NCBI GenBank assembly: GCA_041496385.1
Contig: JBGQEL010000003.1
Location: forward strand, 32,001-96,000
Reading direction: 5' to 3'
Length of the DNA: 64,000 nt
From: Candidatus Methylomirabilia bacterium
GTDB taxonomy: Bacteria > Methylomirabilota > Methylomirabilia > Rokubacteriales > CSP1-6
Each line of letters starts with the position of its first letter. Position 1 is the stretch's first letter. The position numbers and the translations under genes were made by a program. Shown here piece after piece: positions 1 to 9,358 of the stretch. The notes beneath the pieces were generated by a model that was given only the letters and a program-made list of their open reading frames with translations, was not told the origin of the DNA and searched no databases.

Positions 1-1
1 G

Positions 2-343
2 GTCCACGCCGCGGTGGCGCGCGCCGCCGAGCGCGCGCGGAGCGGCGGCGGGCCGTCGCTGATCGAGGCGCACACGATCCGCTGGGTCGGCCACTTCGAG
101 GGCGATCCCCAGGCGTACCGCGCGAAGGACGAGGCCGCCGAGGGGCGCCGCACCGATCCGATCGCGCGGCTCGAGCGCCGCCTCCGCGAGCGCGCGCTCC
201 TCGACGACGCGCAGGCCCGGCGCATCCGCGCGGGCGTCGTGGCCGAGATCGACGACGCGGTCGCGCACGCCGAGGCGAGCCCGCTGCCGCGTCCCGAGGA
301 CGCGCTGACGGACCTCTTCGCGCACTTTCCATGGCGGGAGTAG
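2..343 (+). CDS. TPP-dependent 2-oxoacid/acetoin dehydrogenase E1 alpha subunit, C-terminal part (5' end outside window)
   Basis: GGGPSLIEAHTIRWVGHFEGDPQAYR...DPI motif typical of E1 alpha; directly upstream of E1 beta. Confidence 0.9.
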   Translation, partial: VHAAVARAAERARSGGGPSLIEAHTIRWVGHFEGDPQAYRAKDEAAEGRRTDPIARLERRLRERALLDDAQARRIRAGVVAEIDDAVAHAEASPLPRPEDALTDLFAHFPWRE

Positions 344-463
344 GCGTGATCCCGGTGGGGGGTCTGGGGAAGGAGCGGCGATCGCGCCCGCGCTATCCAT
401 GGCGGGCGTAGACGAGATCCCGGTGGGGGGACTGGGGGAGGAGCGGCGGTCGCTCCCCCCCAG
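328..463. repeat. Imperfect direct repeat (two ~58-bp copies, 68-bp period) ending in a G/C-rich REP-like hairpin
   Basis: tccatggcgggagtaggcgtgatcccggtggggggtctggggaaggagcggcgatcgc (328-385) vs tccatggcgggcgtagacgagatcccggtggggggactgggggaggagcggcggtcgc (396-453); ctgggggaggagcg/cgctcccccccag stem at 432-463. Confidence 0.8.
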
Positions 464-474
464 GACGATATGAA

Positions 475-1446
475 ATGCCGGTGATGGACTTCGGCGACGC
501 GCTGAACCTGGCGCTCCGCGAGGAGATGCGGCGCGACGCGCGCGTCTACTGCATCGGCGAGGACATCGTGCTCGGCGTGCCGTTCGGCGTGACGAAGGGG
601 CTGATCGAGGAGTTCGGTCCCGATCGGGTCCTGAACGCGCCGATCTCCGAGGCGGCGATCGTCGGCTCGGCGATGGGCGCGGCGATGACGGGGCTGGTCC
701 CGGTCGTCGACATGCACTTCGCCGACTTCGTCACCTGCGCCATGGACGAGGTCGCCAACCAGATCGCGAAGTCGCGCTACATGTTCGGCGGCCAGGTGGA
801 CTGCCCCCTCGTGCTCCGCATGCCCTACGGCATCGGCCGCTCGGGCGGCGGCCACCACTCGAACTCGGTCGAGGCCTGGTTCGTCAACATCCCCGGCCTC
901 AAGGTGTGCATCCCGTCCACCCCGGCGGATGCCCGCGGACTCCTCAAGACCGCGATCCGCGACCCCGACCCCGTGCTGCTCTTCGAGCACCGCGGTCTGT
1001 ATCGCGTGACGGGCGAGGTGCCGGAGGCCGAGACGCTCGTGCCGCTCGGCGCGGCCGACGTGAAGCGCGCCGGACGCGACGTCACGGTCATCGCGACCGC
1101 GCGGATGGTCGGCGAGAGCCTCGAGGCCGCGCGCCGGCTGGCCGAGGAGGGAATCGAGGTCGAGGTGGTGGACCCGCGGAGCCTTGTGCCGCTCGATCGC
1201 GAGACGCTCGCGGCGTCGGTGCGCCGGACGAACCGCGTGGTCATCGCCGAGGAAGGGCCGATGCGCGGGTCCACCGGCGCCTGGCTCGCCTGGGTGCTGA
1301 TGGAGGAATGCTTCGACGATCTCGACGCGCCGATCGTGCGCGTGGCCGGCCCGAACATCCCGATCCCGTTCAGCCCGCCGCTCGAGCGGTTCGCGACCCC
1401 GGACGCCGAGCAGGTCGTCGCCGCGGTCCGTCAGGTGCTCAAATAG
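475..1446 (+). CDS. TPP-dependent dehydrogenase E1 beta subunit
   Basis: GEDI, NAPISEAAIVG, DFVTCAMDEVANQ, HSNSVEAWF, IRDPDPVLLFEH motifs. Confidence 0.93.
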   Translation: MPVMDFGDALNLALREEMRRDARVYCIGEDIVLGVPFGVTKGLIEEFGPDRVLNAPISEAAIVGSAMGAAMTGLVPVVDMHFADFVTCAMDEVANQIAKSRYMFGGQVDCPLVLRMPYGIGRSGGGHHSNSVEAWFVNIPGLKVCIPSTPADARGLLKTAIRDPDPVLLFEHRGLYRVTGEVPEAETLVPLGAADVKRAGRDVTVIATARMVGESLEAARRLAEEGIEVEVVDPRSLVPLDRETLAASVRRTNRVVIAEEGPMRGSTGAWLAWVLMEECFDDLDAPIVRVAGPNIPIPFSPPLERFATPDAEQVVAAVRQVLK

Positions 1447-1465
1447 TTCGCGAAGGAGCCGACCG

Positions 1466-3082
1466 ATGCCACCACACAGGAACGCCTACCGTCCGGTCGT
1501 CATGGGAACCCGCGGGGTCGTCACCTCGGCCCACCCGCTCGCCTCGATGGCGGGCGTGCAGATCCTGCTCGCGGGCGGCAACGCCGTCGACGCGGCCGTC
1601 GCCGTCGCCTCGGCGCTGAACGTCGTCGAGCCGTTCATGTCGGGCGCCGGCGGGATCGGGCTCATGCTCATCTCCCGCGGCCGCGAGCGGCACGTGCTGG
1701 ACTTCATCGGCCACGCGCCGAGGGCCGCCGACGCGGCGCGGTGCACCGATGACGAGCTGGCGGGCGGGCCGAAGTCGTGCGCGACCCCGGGGAACCTCGG
1801 TGGCTGGCTCGCGGCGCTCGAGCGCTTCGGCTCCATGGACCGCGCGCGGGTGCTGCGGCCGGCGATCGAGCTGGCCGAGCACGGCGTCCCGCTCACGTTC
1901 AAGAACGTGGACTTCTTCGAGGCCGCGCGCGCCACGCTCGGACGCTCGGCGGAGGCGCAGCGCCTCTACCTCGGCAACGGCGGTCCGCGCGCGGGCGCGG
2001 TCGTCACCTACAAGGAGTTGGCGGGGACGCTCCGCCAGGTCGCGGAGGGTGGCGCCGAGGCCTTCTACCGCGGACCGATCGCCAAGGCGATCGTGCGCGC
2101 CGTGCAGGAGGCCCACGGCTGGCTCGACGAGGGCGACCTCGCGGCCTTCAAGCCGGAGTGGCGCGAGCCGGCGAGGATCGGCTACCGCGACTGCGACGTC
2201 TACTCGATGCCGCCGCCGTTCTCGGCCTTCCAGATGCTGGAGACGCTCAACATCCTCGAGGGCTTCGACGTGCGCGCGTGGGGGCACAACTCGGTGGACT
2301 ATCTCCACCACCTGATCGAGGCGATCAAGCTCGGCTCCGCGGACCGGCTGGCGTACGCGTACTCGCCCGGCGTGCCGATCGAGGGGCTGCTCTCGAAGAG
2401 CTACGCGGCCTCGCAGCGCGCGCGCATCGACCCCACGCGCGCGGGCCGGAGCGAGGGCGAGCGCCACACCCGGGTGCGGCTGCCCGACGAGATTCGCGAG
2501 GGCCACCCCGCCAAGTTCCAGGACGAGCACACGACCCATTTCGCCTGCGCCGACGCGTCGGGCACGGTCGTGTCGGTCACGCAGACGCTCGGGGTCCCGT
2601 TCGGCTCGGGCTTCGCGATCCCCGGCACGGGCCTGGTCCTCAACAACATCCTCAAGTGGATGGACCGCGACCCAGACTCGCCGAACGTCGTCCGCCCCGG
2701 GCGCAAGGCCGGAACCATGATGTCGCCGACGCAGGTCTTCCGCGACGGCGCCTTCGCCCTCTCCGTCGGGACGCCCGGCTCGTACGGGATCCTCCAGACG
2801 ACCGCGCAGATGCTGCTGAACGTTCTCGAGTTCGGCATGAACATCCAGGAGGCGATCGAGGCGCCGCGCGCGCGCGTCTACCGCGACCGGCTGGTGGACG
2901 CCGAGGCGCGCATTCCCGTCGAGACCCGCACGGCGCTGGCCGGTCGCGGCCACCAGATGAACACGATCGACGAGTGGTCGTGGATCGTCGGCGGCGGGCA
3001 GGGGATCCTCCGAGATCGCGAGTCGGGCGCCCTCATGGCCGGGGCCGACCCCCGCCGCGACGGCTACGCCCTCGCCGTCTGA
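1466..3082 (+). CDS. ggt: Gamma-glutamyltransferase family (Ntn-hydrolase) protein
   Basis: GGNAVDAAVA, VVEPFMSGAGG, HTTHF nucleophile site, GSGFAIPGTGLVLNN, GADPRRDG C-terminus. Confidence 0.9.
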   Translation: MPPHRNAYRPVVMGTRGVVTSAHPLASMAGVQILLAGGNAVDAAVAVASALNVVEPFMSGAGGIGLMLISRGRERHVLDFIGHAPRAADAARCTDDELAGGPKSCATPGNLGGWLAALERFGSMDRARVLRPAIELAEHGVPLTFKNVDFFEAARATLGRSAEAQRLYLGNGGPRAGAVVTYKELAGTLRQVAEGGAEAFYRGPIAKAIVRAVQEAHGWLDEGDLAAFKPEWREPARIGYRDCDVYSMPPPFSAFQMLETLNILEGFDVRAWGHNSVDYLHHLIEAIKLGSADRLAYAYSPGVPIEGLLSKSYAASQRARIDPTRAGRSEGERHTRVRLPDEIREGHPAKFQDEHTTHFACADASGTVVSVTQTLGVPFGSGFAIPGTGLVLNNILKWMDRDPDSPNVVRPGRKAGTMMSPTQVFRDGAFALSVGTPGSYGILQTTAQMLLNVLEFGMNIQEAIEAPRARVYRDRLVDAEARIPVETRTALAGRGHQMNTIDEWSWIVGGGQGILRDRESGALMAGADPRRDGYALAV

Positions 3083-3216
3083 CGGATCGCAACGCCCGTC
3101 CCTGGGCGGCGCCTCGCGCAGGACCGGCTGGGTGATTCATTCTCAGCCATGGTCTGTTGTTCACCGGTCGGCTCCGTGAGTGCCTGCTAAATATCTACCG
3201 AATAAAGGGTGTGGCT

Positions 3217-3232
3217 CGGCATCTCGGTTGCA
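3217..3232 (+). promoter_or_regulatory. Putative sigma-54 (-24/-12) promoter
   Basis: cGGCATctcggTTGCA with exact GG-N10-GC spacing; AT-rich tract upstream (3188-3206); SD aaggagg before ATG 3280. Confidence 0.6.
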
Positions 3233-3279
3233 GTCCTCCTGGATAGGGCGCTTGAGGCGACCCTCGAAGGAGGCGGGCG

Positions 3280-4146
3280 ATGGTCCGAGGCTGGACGCTC
3301 TCGATGCTGATCGGTGCGACGCTGGCGTGGGGCGCGGGTCCCGGCGAAGCGGCCGTCCCTCTCGGCGCCGTAGAACGCGGGCCAGCTACCCGCCTCGAGC
3401 GTCCGTCAGAAGTCACCAGTGCCGCCGTGGACGAGCTCCTCGAGCGCTCCGGGCTCCGCGCCCAGCTCGAGGCGCTCGCGGGCGGCATCCGCGCCCAGCT
3501 CGTGACGACGCGCGCGAGACGCGACAGCCGCGACCGCGTAATGATCGACCGGATCGCCGCGCGGCATTTCGACGCCGAGCTGCTCTACGCGCGCATCCGG
3601 CTCCAGTTCGGCCGGGGCGTAGACGGCGCGAAGCTCGACGCCGCGCTCGCCTGGTATCGGTCGCCGCTCGGCGGCCGGATCACGCGGCACGAGGTCGAGG
3701 CGATCACCGCGGAGCGCGCGCTGGTGCCGCTCCCGACCGAGGAGCGGATCGAGCTCGTGCAGCGGCTCGACGAACGTGGTGGCGCCTCCGAGACGGCGCT
3801 CGATATCGCGATGAGCCTGGTGCGGAGCCTCACCCGCGCCGCCGAGCCGTTCCGCCCCGCGCACCTGCGCCTCACGGCCGGTCAGCTCGAGGACCGGATG
3901 GCGCGGACGCGGACCGAAGTGCTGGCGCCGATCCGGATCACGTGCCTGCAGAACATGCTCTTCGCCTACCGCGAGCTGGACGACCAGGAGCTCGCCGAGT
4001 ACGCGCGATTCGTGGAGTCGCCCGCGGGTCAGTGGTACGTGGCGACGATGAACCAGGCCCTGGTGGACGCCACCGCCGTGGCGGCCGAGCTCGCGGCCGT
4101 CGAGCTCCTGCCGCTCGTCCCGCACCTCACCGGCGACACCCGCTGA
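3280..4146 (+). CDS. Exported hypothetical protein (DUF2059-like)
   Basis: N-terminal signal peptide; WYRSPLGGRI and FVESPAGQWY repeats typical of DUF2059-like helices; good SD. Confidence 0.65.
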   Translation: MVRGWTLSMLIGATLAWGAGPGEAAVPLGAVERGPATRLERPSEVTSAAVDELLERSGLRAQLEALAGGIRAQLVTTRARRDSRDRVMIDRIAARHFDAELLYARIRLQFGRGVDGAKLDAALAWYRSPLGGRITRHEVEAITAERALVPLPTEERIELVQRLDERGGASETALDIAMSLVRSLTRAAEPFRPAHLRLTAGQLEDRMARTRTEVLAPIRITCLQNMLFAYRELDDQELAEYARFVESPAGQWYVATMNQALVDATAVAAELAAVELLPLVPHLTGDTR

Positions 4147-4164
4147 CGCGCGCGTCGCGCCGCG

Positions 4165-4839
4165 CTACGGCTTCCTGAAGAGGATCGCGCCGAAGAACGA
4201 TTCCGCGGTGGAGCTCGTGTCGTCCGAGTCGATCGCGATCGAGACGACGCCCGGGTTCTCGGGTTCCTCGCCGTAGATCTTCCGGTAGTCCTCGACGACG
4301 TTGCGGCGCTCCGTGAGCCACTTGCCCAGCTCCGCGGGACCCGAGCGCACGACGATGTAGGTGACCGTGCCGGTCTTCTCGCTCTTCGTGACCAGCCCGG
4401 CGGGGCACGTCGTGTCCCAGACGTAGCCGATGATCCGCGAGCGAACCGCCTGCGGGAAGCGCGGCCACGCCACGTAGAGCTGCGCCGCCTGGTCGTCCGT
4501 CTGCTTGCTCCGGCAGTCGGCGCCCTTCGGGAGCACGACGACCTTCCAGCTCCATTCCAGAACGGGCGTGTCCTTGAGGCTCCACCTGGCCTTCAGCTCC
4601 TTGTTGGCCGTGGAGCTGTCGCCCGCGCTCTTGAGGTGGAGCGCGCGGCGCCCGTCGATCTCGGCCACGCTGAAGTCGAACTTCGGTCTGCCCCACGTCT
4701 GGCCGCCCTTCCAGCCGTCGGGGATACCCTGGGCGCCGAGCGGAAGCTTGGTCCAGTCCTCGACGGGGAGCGTGTCCGCCGCCCACGCAATCACGGCGAG
4801 CAGGAGTGCGAGCGCCGCCATCGCGATGCGGGACCGCAT
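4165..4839 (-). CDS. DUF3047 family exported protein
   Basis: Signal peptide; TPVLEWSWKV, DDQAAQLYV, IGYVWD, WLTERRNVVEDYR, IDSDDT motifs. Confidence 0.8.
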   Translation of the reverse strand: MRSRIAMAALALLLAVIAWAADTLPVEDWTKLPLGAQGIPDGWKGGQTWGRPKFDFSVAEIDGRRALHLKSAGDSSTANKELKARWSLKDTPVLEWSWKVVVLPKGADCRSKQTDDQAAQLYVAWPRFPQAVRSRIIGYVWDTTCPAGLVTKSEKTGTVTYIVVRSGPAELGKWLTERRNVVEDYRKIYGEEPENPGVVSIAIDSDDTSSTAESFFGAILFRKP

Positions 4840-4845
4840 GCTCGC

Positions 4846-4852
4846 TATGATA
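4846..4852. promoter_or_regulatory. Overlapping divergent -10 elements (bidirectional promoter)
   Basis: tatgata reads TATGAT on + and TATCAT on -; lies in a 23-bp gap between divergent genes; TATCAT is 7 nt from ATG 4839. Confidence 0.55.
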
Positions 4853-4862
4853 CCTTCGTGCC

Positions 4863-5240
4863 GTGCCGGAGACGCCCGATTCGCTGCGCCTGGACAAGTG
4901 GCTCTGGGCGGCGCGCTTCTTCAAGACGCGGAGCCTGGCGTCTGCCGCGTGCGCGGGCGGGAAGGTGGACGTGAACGACGAGGCGGCGAAGCCGGCGAAG
5001 GCCGTGCGGGTGGGCGATCGCCTCGAGCTCACGCTGCCGCGTGACCGGCGCATCGTGAAGGTGCTGTCGCTCTCCGACAGGCGCGGGCCGGCGCCCGTTG
5101 CGCGCGCGCTCTACGATGACCTGACGCCGCCGGCGCCGCCGCGGCTGCGCCAGGCGCCGCCGCCGTATCGTGCGCCCGGCGCCGGGCGTCCGACCAAGCG
5201 CGAGCGCCGCGAGATCGAGCGCCTGAGAGGATTCAGATGA
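4863..5240 (+). CDS. hslR: Ribosome-associated heat shock protein Hsp15 (S4 domain)
   Basis: RLDKWLWAARFFKTRSLA...RRGPAPVARALY...GRPTKRERR signature. Confidence 0.93.
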   Translation: MPETPDSLRLDKWLWAARFFKTRSLASAACAGGKVDVNDEAAKPAKAVRVGDRLELTLPRDRRIVKVLSLSDRRGPAPVARALYDDLTPPAPPRLRQAPPPYRAPGAGRPTKRERREIERLRGFR

Positions 5241-6028
5241 CGACCATCGAGACCTACGACTTCAACGCGATCGTGGACGGCCTGAACCAGTACCTCCGCC
5301 TGCGCTCGATTCCCATCGGCATGAAGCTGTTCGAGACCGTCGAGGAGATGGAGGGGATCCCGAAGATCCGCCGGCCGAAGGCCCGGCACACGACCGACCA
5401 GATCGTCGCGCAAGCGCGCCAGCTCGGCTGGACGGTGGGGATCACGATGGCGGACCTCGTCGGGGCCCAGTGCGGCGCCGTCATCGGCCTCCACCCCCAG
5501 GACGACGAGTGGCTCTCGGGCCACCGCATGGCGGGCGTCTGGTTCAAGACGCGCGAGGACGCGAGCCTGCACCAGCACGCGATGGACTGCGTGCCGCACG
5601 GCCGTTACCGCGCGATGGCGGTGTCGCCGCTCACGTCGGGCCGCCTGAACCCGCCGGACATCTGCCTCATCTACGGCACGCCGGGCCAGATGATCTTCTT
5701 CATCAACGGGCTCCAGTGGACGGGCTACCGGAAGCTCAGCTTCACGTCCGTCGGCGAGTCGGCGTGCGCGGATTCCTGGGGCAAGGCCCTGAAGACGGGC
5801 GAGCCGGCGCTGACGATCCCATGCTACGCGGAGCGACGCTACGGGGGCGTCGCCGACGACGAGCTGCTCATGGCGATCCCGCCCCGGTTCCTGCCCAAGG
5901 TCGTCGAGGGGCTCGCGGCGCTCTCGAAGAACGGCCTGCGCTACCCGATCCCACCCTACGGCATCCAGACGGACGCCGGGGCGGGCCTGGCCGTCAGCTA
6001 CGCGGACAAAGACAGGAAGGGGGCGTGA
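5237..6028 (+). CDS. DUF169 family protein
   Basis: LRLRSIPIGMK, PDICLIYGTPGQM, GESACADSWG, IPCYAERRYGG, DDELLMAIP. Confidence 0.8.
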   Translation: MTTIETYDFNAIVDGLNQYLRLRSIPIGMKLFETVEEMEGIPKIRRPKARHTTDQIVAQARQLGWTVGITMADLVGAQCGAVIGLHPQDDEWLSGHRMAGVWFKTREDASLHQHAMDCVPHGRYRAMAVSPLTSGRLNPPDICLIYGTPGQMIFFINGLQWTGYRKLSFTSVGESACADSWGKALKTGEPALTIPCYAERRYGGVADDELLMAIPPRFLPKVVEGLAALSKNGLRYPIPPYGIQTDAGAGLAVSYADKDRKGA

Positions 6029-6486
6029 TGGGGCTCATCGGCCGGATGTTCGAGGGCTTCCGCGTCGGCCGTGACGAGAAGATCCGCCACCTGGAGCGCG
6101 TGCAGATCTTCGAGGACTGCAGCCTCAAGCAGCTCCGCGCGATCGCCGACATTTCGAAGATCATCGAGGTGCCCGAGCGCACCGTGCTCTGCCGCTTCGG
6201 TGAGCCGGGCGACGAATTCTTCATCGTCATCGACGGCACGGCGCTCGTGACCGTATCGCCGCAGAAGAAGGTGCGGATCCGGCCCGGCGAGTTCTTCGGC
6301 GAGATGAGCCTGCTCGACGGCGAGCCGCGCTCGGCCACGGTGAAGGCCGAGACCGATCTGCGCCTGCTCGTGATCGAGCGGATGCACTTCTGGACGCTGC
6401 TGCGCGAGGTCCCCGAGCTGACCCAGCGCATGCTCGTCGCCCTCTCGCGGCGCATCCGCCAGCACGAGCAGTCGCAGACCGCCTGA
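6028..6486 (+). CDS. Stand-alone cyclic nucleotide-binding domain protein
   Basis: TGATG overlap with upstream stop; GEPGDEFFIVIDG and GEFFGEMSLLDGEPRSATVKA cNMP motif. Confidence 0.88.
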   Translation: MGLIGRMFEGFRVGRDEKIRHLERVQIFEDCSLKQLRAIADISKIIEVPERTVLCRFGEPGDEFFIVIDGTALVTVSPQKKVRIRPGEFFGEMSLLDGEPRSATVKAETDLRLLVIERMHFWTLLREVPELTQRMLVALSRRIRQHEQSQTA

Positions 6487-6517
6487 ACCGGCCTCCCGGC
6501 CCGCCCGCCCGCGCGCG

Positions 6518-7351
6518 CTAGAAGGTCAGCTTGTCGCCCGGGCTGATCGGAAAGACCTGCGTCGTCGTCTGACCGAGCGCGGCCTGATACTCCTGCGGCG
6601 TGCCGCGGAGGACCGGGAACGTCCCGTAGTGGAACGGGATCGCGAGCTTTGGCTTCAGCAGCTCCTTCGTCGCGTACGCCGCGTCGCGCGGGTCCATGAC
6701 GAAGTGCCCGCCGATCGGGATCATGACGAGGTCGGGCTTGTAATAGTCACCGATGAGCCGCATGTCGCCGAAGAGGCCCGTGTCGCCCATGTGGTAGAGC
6801 TTGAAGCCGTTCTCGAACTCGACGATGAAGCCGCAGGGCTCGCCGCCCGGGTAGGTCGTGCTCTTCTTCGTCGCCGGGTCGGTGACGGTCACCTCCGACG
6901 AGTGCTCGGCGCGCACCTGGGTGATCGTGACCTGTGGCCCGAGCGGGTTCACGCGGCCGCCCTTGCCGAAGCGCACCGCCTTCTCCGGCGCGACCCACCC
7001 GAGGTCGACCATTGTCGCGATCAGGCCCGCGGGCCCGAGCACGGTCGCCCCCGTGCGCGCGGCCAGCTCCTTCACGTCGCCCGTGTGGTCGCCGTGACCG
7101 TGGGTCACGAGGATCACGTCCACCTTGCCGAGCGCGTCGAGGTTCTTGTACTGCGGCGGGGTCTTGGGGTTGTTGGTCAGGAACGGGTCGATGACGATCA
7201 CCTTGCCGGTGAGCGTCGTGATCTTGGTCGACGCCTGCCCGAGCCAGTGGACCTCGACCTTCGAGGTCTGCGCCCACGCGGACTCGGCGGCGAGCGAGTA
7301 GGTGAGTGCTCCCGCGGCCAGCTTCAGGAAATCGCGGCGCTCCATCTCCAT
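6518..7351 (-). CDS. Tat-exported metal-dependent hydrolase, metallo-beta-lactamase fold (UPF0173-like)
   Basis: MERRDFLK twin-arginine signal; THGHGDH, AEHSS, YHMGDTGLF, PFHYGTFP; SD aggagg upstream of ATG 7351. Confidence 0.88.
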   Translation of the reverse strand: MEMERRDFLKLAAGALTYSLAAESAWAQTSKVEVHWLGQASTKITTLTGKVIVIDPFLTNNPKTPPQYKNLDALGKVDVILVTHGHGDHTGDVKELAARTGATVLGPAGLIATMVDLGWVAPEKAVRFGKGGRVNPLGPQVTITQVRAEHSSEVTVTDPATKKSTTYPGGEPCGFIVEFENGFKLYHMGDTGLFGDMRLIGDYYKPDLVMIPIGGHFVMDPRDAAYATKELLKPKLAIPFHYGTFPVLRGTPQEYQAALGQTTTQVFPISPGDKLTF

Positions 7352-7532
7352 GCCCTGTTCCTCCTGTGGGTGAAACGGCTGCCCGAAGGTACCACGCCAG
7401 GCCGTCGATCGTTCCGGACAACGCCCGCGGGCGTCCACCGGTTCCCCCGGGAGAGGGTCTCCCCTCGAACCGAGGCACGATCTCCCGCGACGTTGCGTGG
7501 GGCACGCGCTTCTGCTAGTGTCTGCGCCTAGT

Positions 7533-7695
7533 TCGCGCGCCGGGATGCCCGAAGGGCCCAGGGAAGGCGGTTGAAGCCGCCGCGACCCCGTCACTGTAAT
7601 CGGGGACGAAACCCGCGAACGCCACTGGCCGCGAGGCTGGGAAGGCGCGGGGAGTAGGACGATCCGAGAGCCAGGAGACCTGCCCGGGCGCGCAC
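7533..7695 (+). ncRNA. Cobalamin riboswitch upstream of cobU
   Basis: agggaa, ggttgaagcc, cccgtcactgtaa, gccactg, gggaaggc, gagccaggagacctgcc core; closing stem gcgcgccggg/cccgggcgcgc; downstream hairpin ccggtcttc/ggaggacccgg can hide the SD. Confidence 0.93.
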
Positions 7696-7728
7696 CGTGA
7701 ATCCGGTCTTCGAGGGAGGACCCGGGGT

Positions 7729-8310
7729 ATGGCCTCGTCACTTTTCGTGCTCGGCGGCGCGCGCAGCGGCAAGAGCCGCTTCGCCGTCACGGATCCCACG
7801 CTCCGCGGGCGCGTGGCGTTCGTCGCTACCGCGCGTCCCGGGGACGGCGACATGGCGCGCCGGATCGCGCGCCACCGGGCCGAGCGCCCCCGTCACTGGG
7901 CGACCGTCGAGGAGCCCTACGATCTCGTCGCGCGGCTCGCGCAGCTCGAGGGCGTCTACGACGCGCTCGTCGTGGACTGCCTCACGCTCTGGGCCTCGAA
8001 TCGGCTCCTGCGCGGCGACGCCGACGCGGCCATTCTCGACGAAGCCGACGCGCTCGCCACGCTGATCGGCCGCCGCCCCTGCACGATCACGCTCGTCTCC
8101 AACGAGGTCGGCGCGGGTGTGCACCCCGAGACCGAGATCGGGATGCGCTTCCGCGACCTGCTCGGCTTCGTCAACCAGAAGGTCGCCGCCGCCTGCGATC
8201 GCGTCGTGCTGCTCGTGGCCGGCGTCCCGCTCACGATCAAGTCCGACGCCCCGCCGGCGCCGGCGCCCGGGCTCGGGAGGCCGGCGCTCGATGCTCTCCA
8301 GTCTCCTTAG
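7729..8310 (+). CDS. cobU: Adenosylcobinamide kinase / cobinamide-phosphate guanylyltransferase
   Basis: GGARSGKS, RIARHRAERP, VDCLTLW, VSNEVG, FRDLLGFVNQ. Confidence 0.95.
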   Translation: MASSLFVLGGARSGKSRFAVTDPTLRGRVAFVATARPGDGDMARRIARHRAERPRHWATVEEPYDLVARLAQLEGVYDALVVDCLTLWASNRLLRGDADAAILDEADALATLIGRRPCTITLVSNEVGAGVHPETEIGMRFRDLLGFVNQKVAAACDRVVLLVAGVPLTIKSDAPPAPAPGLGRPALDALQSP

Positions 8311-9358
8311 CTCGATCGTCGCGCCGCCCGCCGACCGCGCCGAGGCGGCGCAGCAGCACCTGGACAGCCTCACGAAGCCGCCGGGGAGCCTGGGCCGGCT
8401 GGAAGAGATCGCGCTCCGGCTCGCGGTGCTCCGCGGCGGTCCGCCGCGGATCGAGCATCCGGCGATCTTCACCTTCGCGGCCGACCACGGGGTCGTGTCC
8501 GAGGGCGTGAGCGCCTATCCGCAGGTCGTCACGGCGCAGATGGTCGAGAACTTCCTGCGCGGCGGCGCCGCCGTGAACGTGCTCGCCCGCCAGGCGGGGG
8601 CGCGGGTGATCGTGGCCGACTTCGGCGTGGCCAACCCGATCGGCCGCTCGCCGGAGCTGATCTCGCGACCGATCGCGGCCGGCACGGCGAACATGGCCGT
8701 CGGCCCCGCGATGACCCGCGTGCAGGCCGTGCACGCCCTCGAGGCCGGCGCGCGGCTCGCCCTCGAGGCGATCGACGCGGGCGTCGACCTGCTCGGCACG
8801 GGCGAGATGGGGATCGGCAACACGACGGCGGCGAGCGCGATCACCGCCGCGATCACGGGCGAGGCGCCCGAACGCGTCACGGGGCGCGGGACGGGCGTGG
8901 ACGACGCGTCGCTGGCGCGGAAGATCTCGGTCGTGACGCGCGCCCTGGCGGTGAACGCGCCCGATCCGCGCGACGGCCTCGACGTGCTCGCGAAGGTCGG
9001 CGGCTTCGAGATCGCCGGGCTCGTCGGCGTGATCCTCGCGGGCGCCGCCCGGCGCGTGCCGGTGGCGCTCGACGGGTTCATCGCCGGCGCCGCGGGCCTG
9101 GTGGCCGTCGCCCTGGCCCCGGCGGCGAGGCCCGCCCTCTTCGCCGCGCACCGCTCCGTCGAGCCGGGACACGCGGCGGTGCTCGCCCACCTCGGCCTGG
9201 TGCCCTACCTCGACCTGGGCATGCGCCTCGGCGAGGGAACCGGCGCCGCGCTCTTCATCCACCTCGCCCGCGCCGCCGCGCTCGTCTGGAACGAGATGGC
9301 CTCCTTCAAATCCGCCGGCGTCAGTGGCCGTGGCAGTGCGAGTGGCCGTGCGACGTGA
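8291..9358 (+). CDS. cobT: Nicotinate-nucleotide:dimethylbenzimidazole phosphoribosyltransferase
   Basis: LTKPPGSLGRLE, ADHGV, GEMGIGNTT, GRGTG, GGFEIAG, MRLGEGTGA; ATG 8291. Confidence 0.95.
   Translation: MLSSLLSSIVAPPADRAEAAQQHLDSLTKPPGSLGRLEEIALRLAVLRGGPPRIEHPAIFTFAADHGVVSEGVSAYPQVVTAQMVENFLRGGAAVNVLARQAGARVIVADFGVANPIGRSPELISRPIAAGTANMAVGPAMTRVQAVHALEAGARLALEAIDAGVDLLGTGEMGIGNTTAASAITAAITGEAPERVTGRGTGVDDASLARKISVVTRALAVNAPDPRDGLDVLAKVGGFEIAGLVGVILAGAARRVPVALDGFIAGAAGLVAVALAPAARPALFAAHRSVEPGHAAVLAHLGLVPYLDLGMRLGEGTGAALFIHLARAAALVWNEMASFKSAGVSGRGSASGRAT

Noticed and set aside
7352..7515. Structured RNA upstream of the metallo-hydrolase (minus strand)
   Set aside because: Only short GC hairpins; TGgTACCTT close to the SD explains it as a simple promoter region
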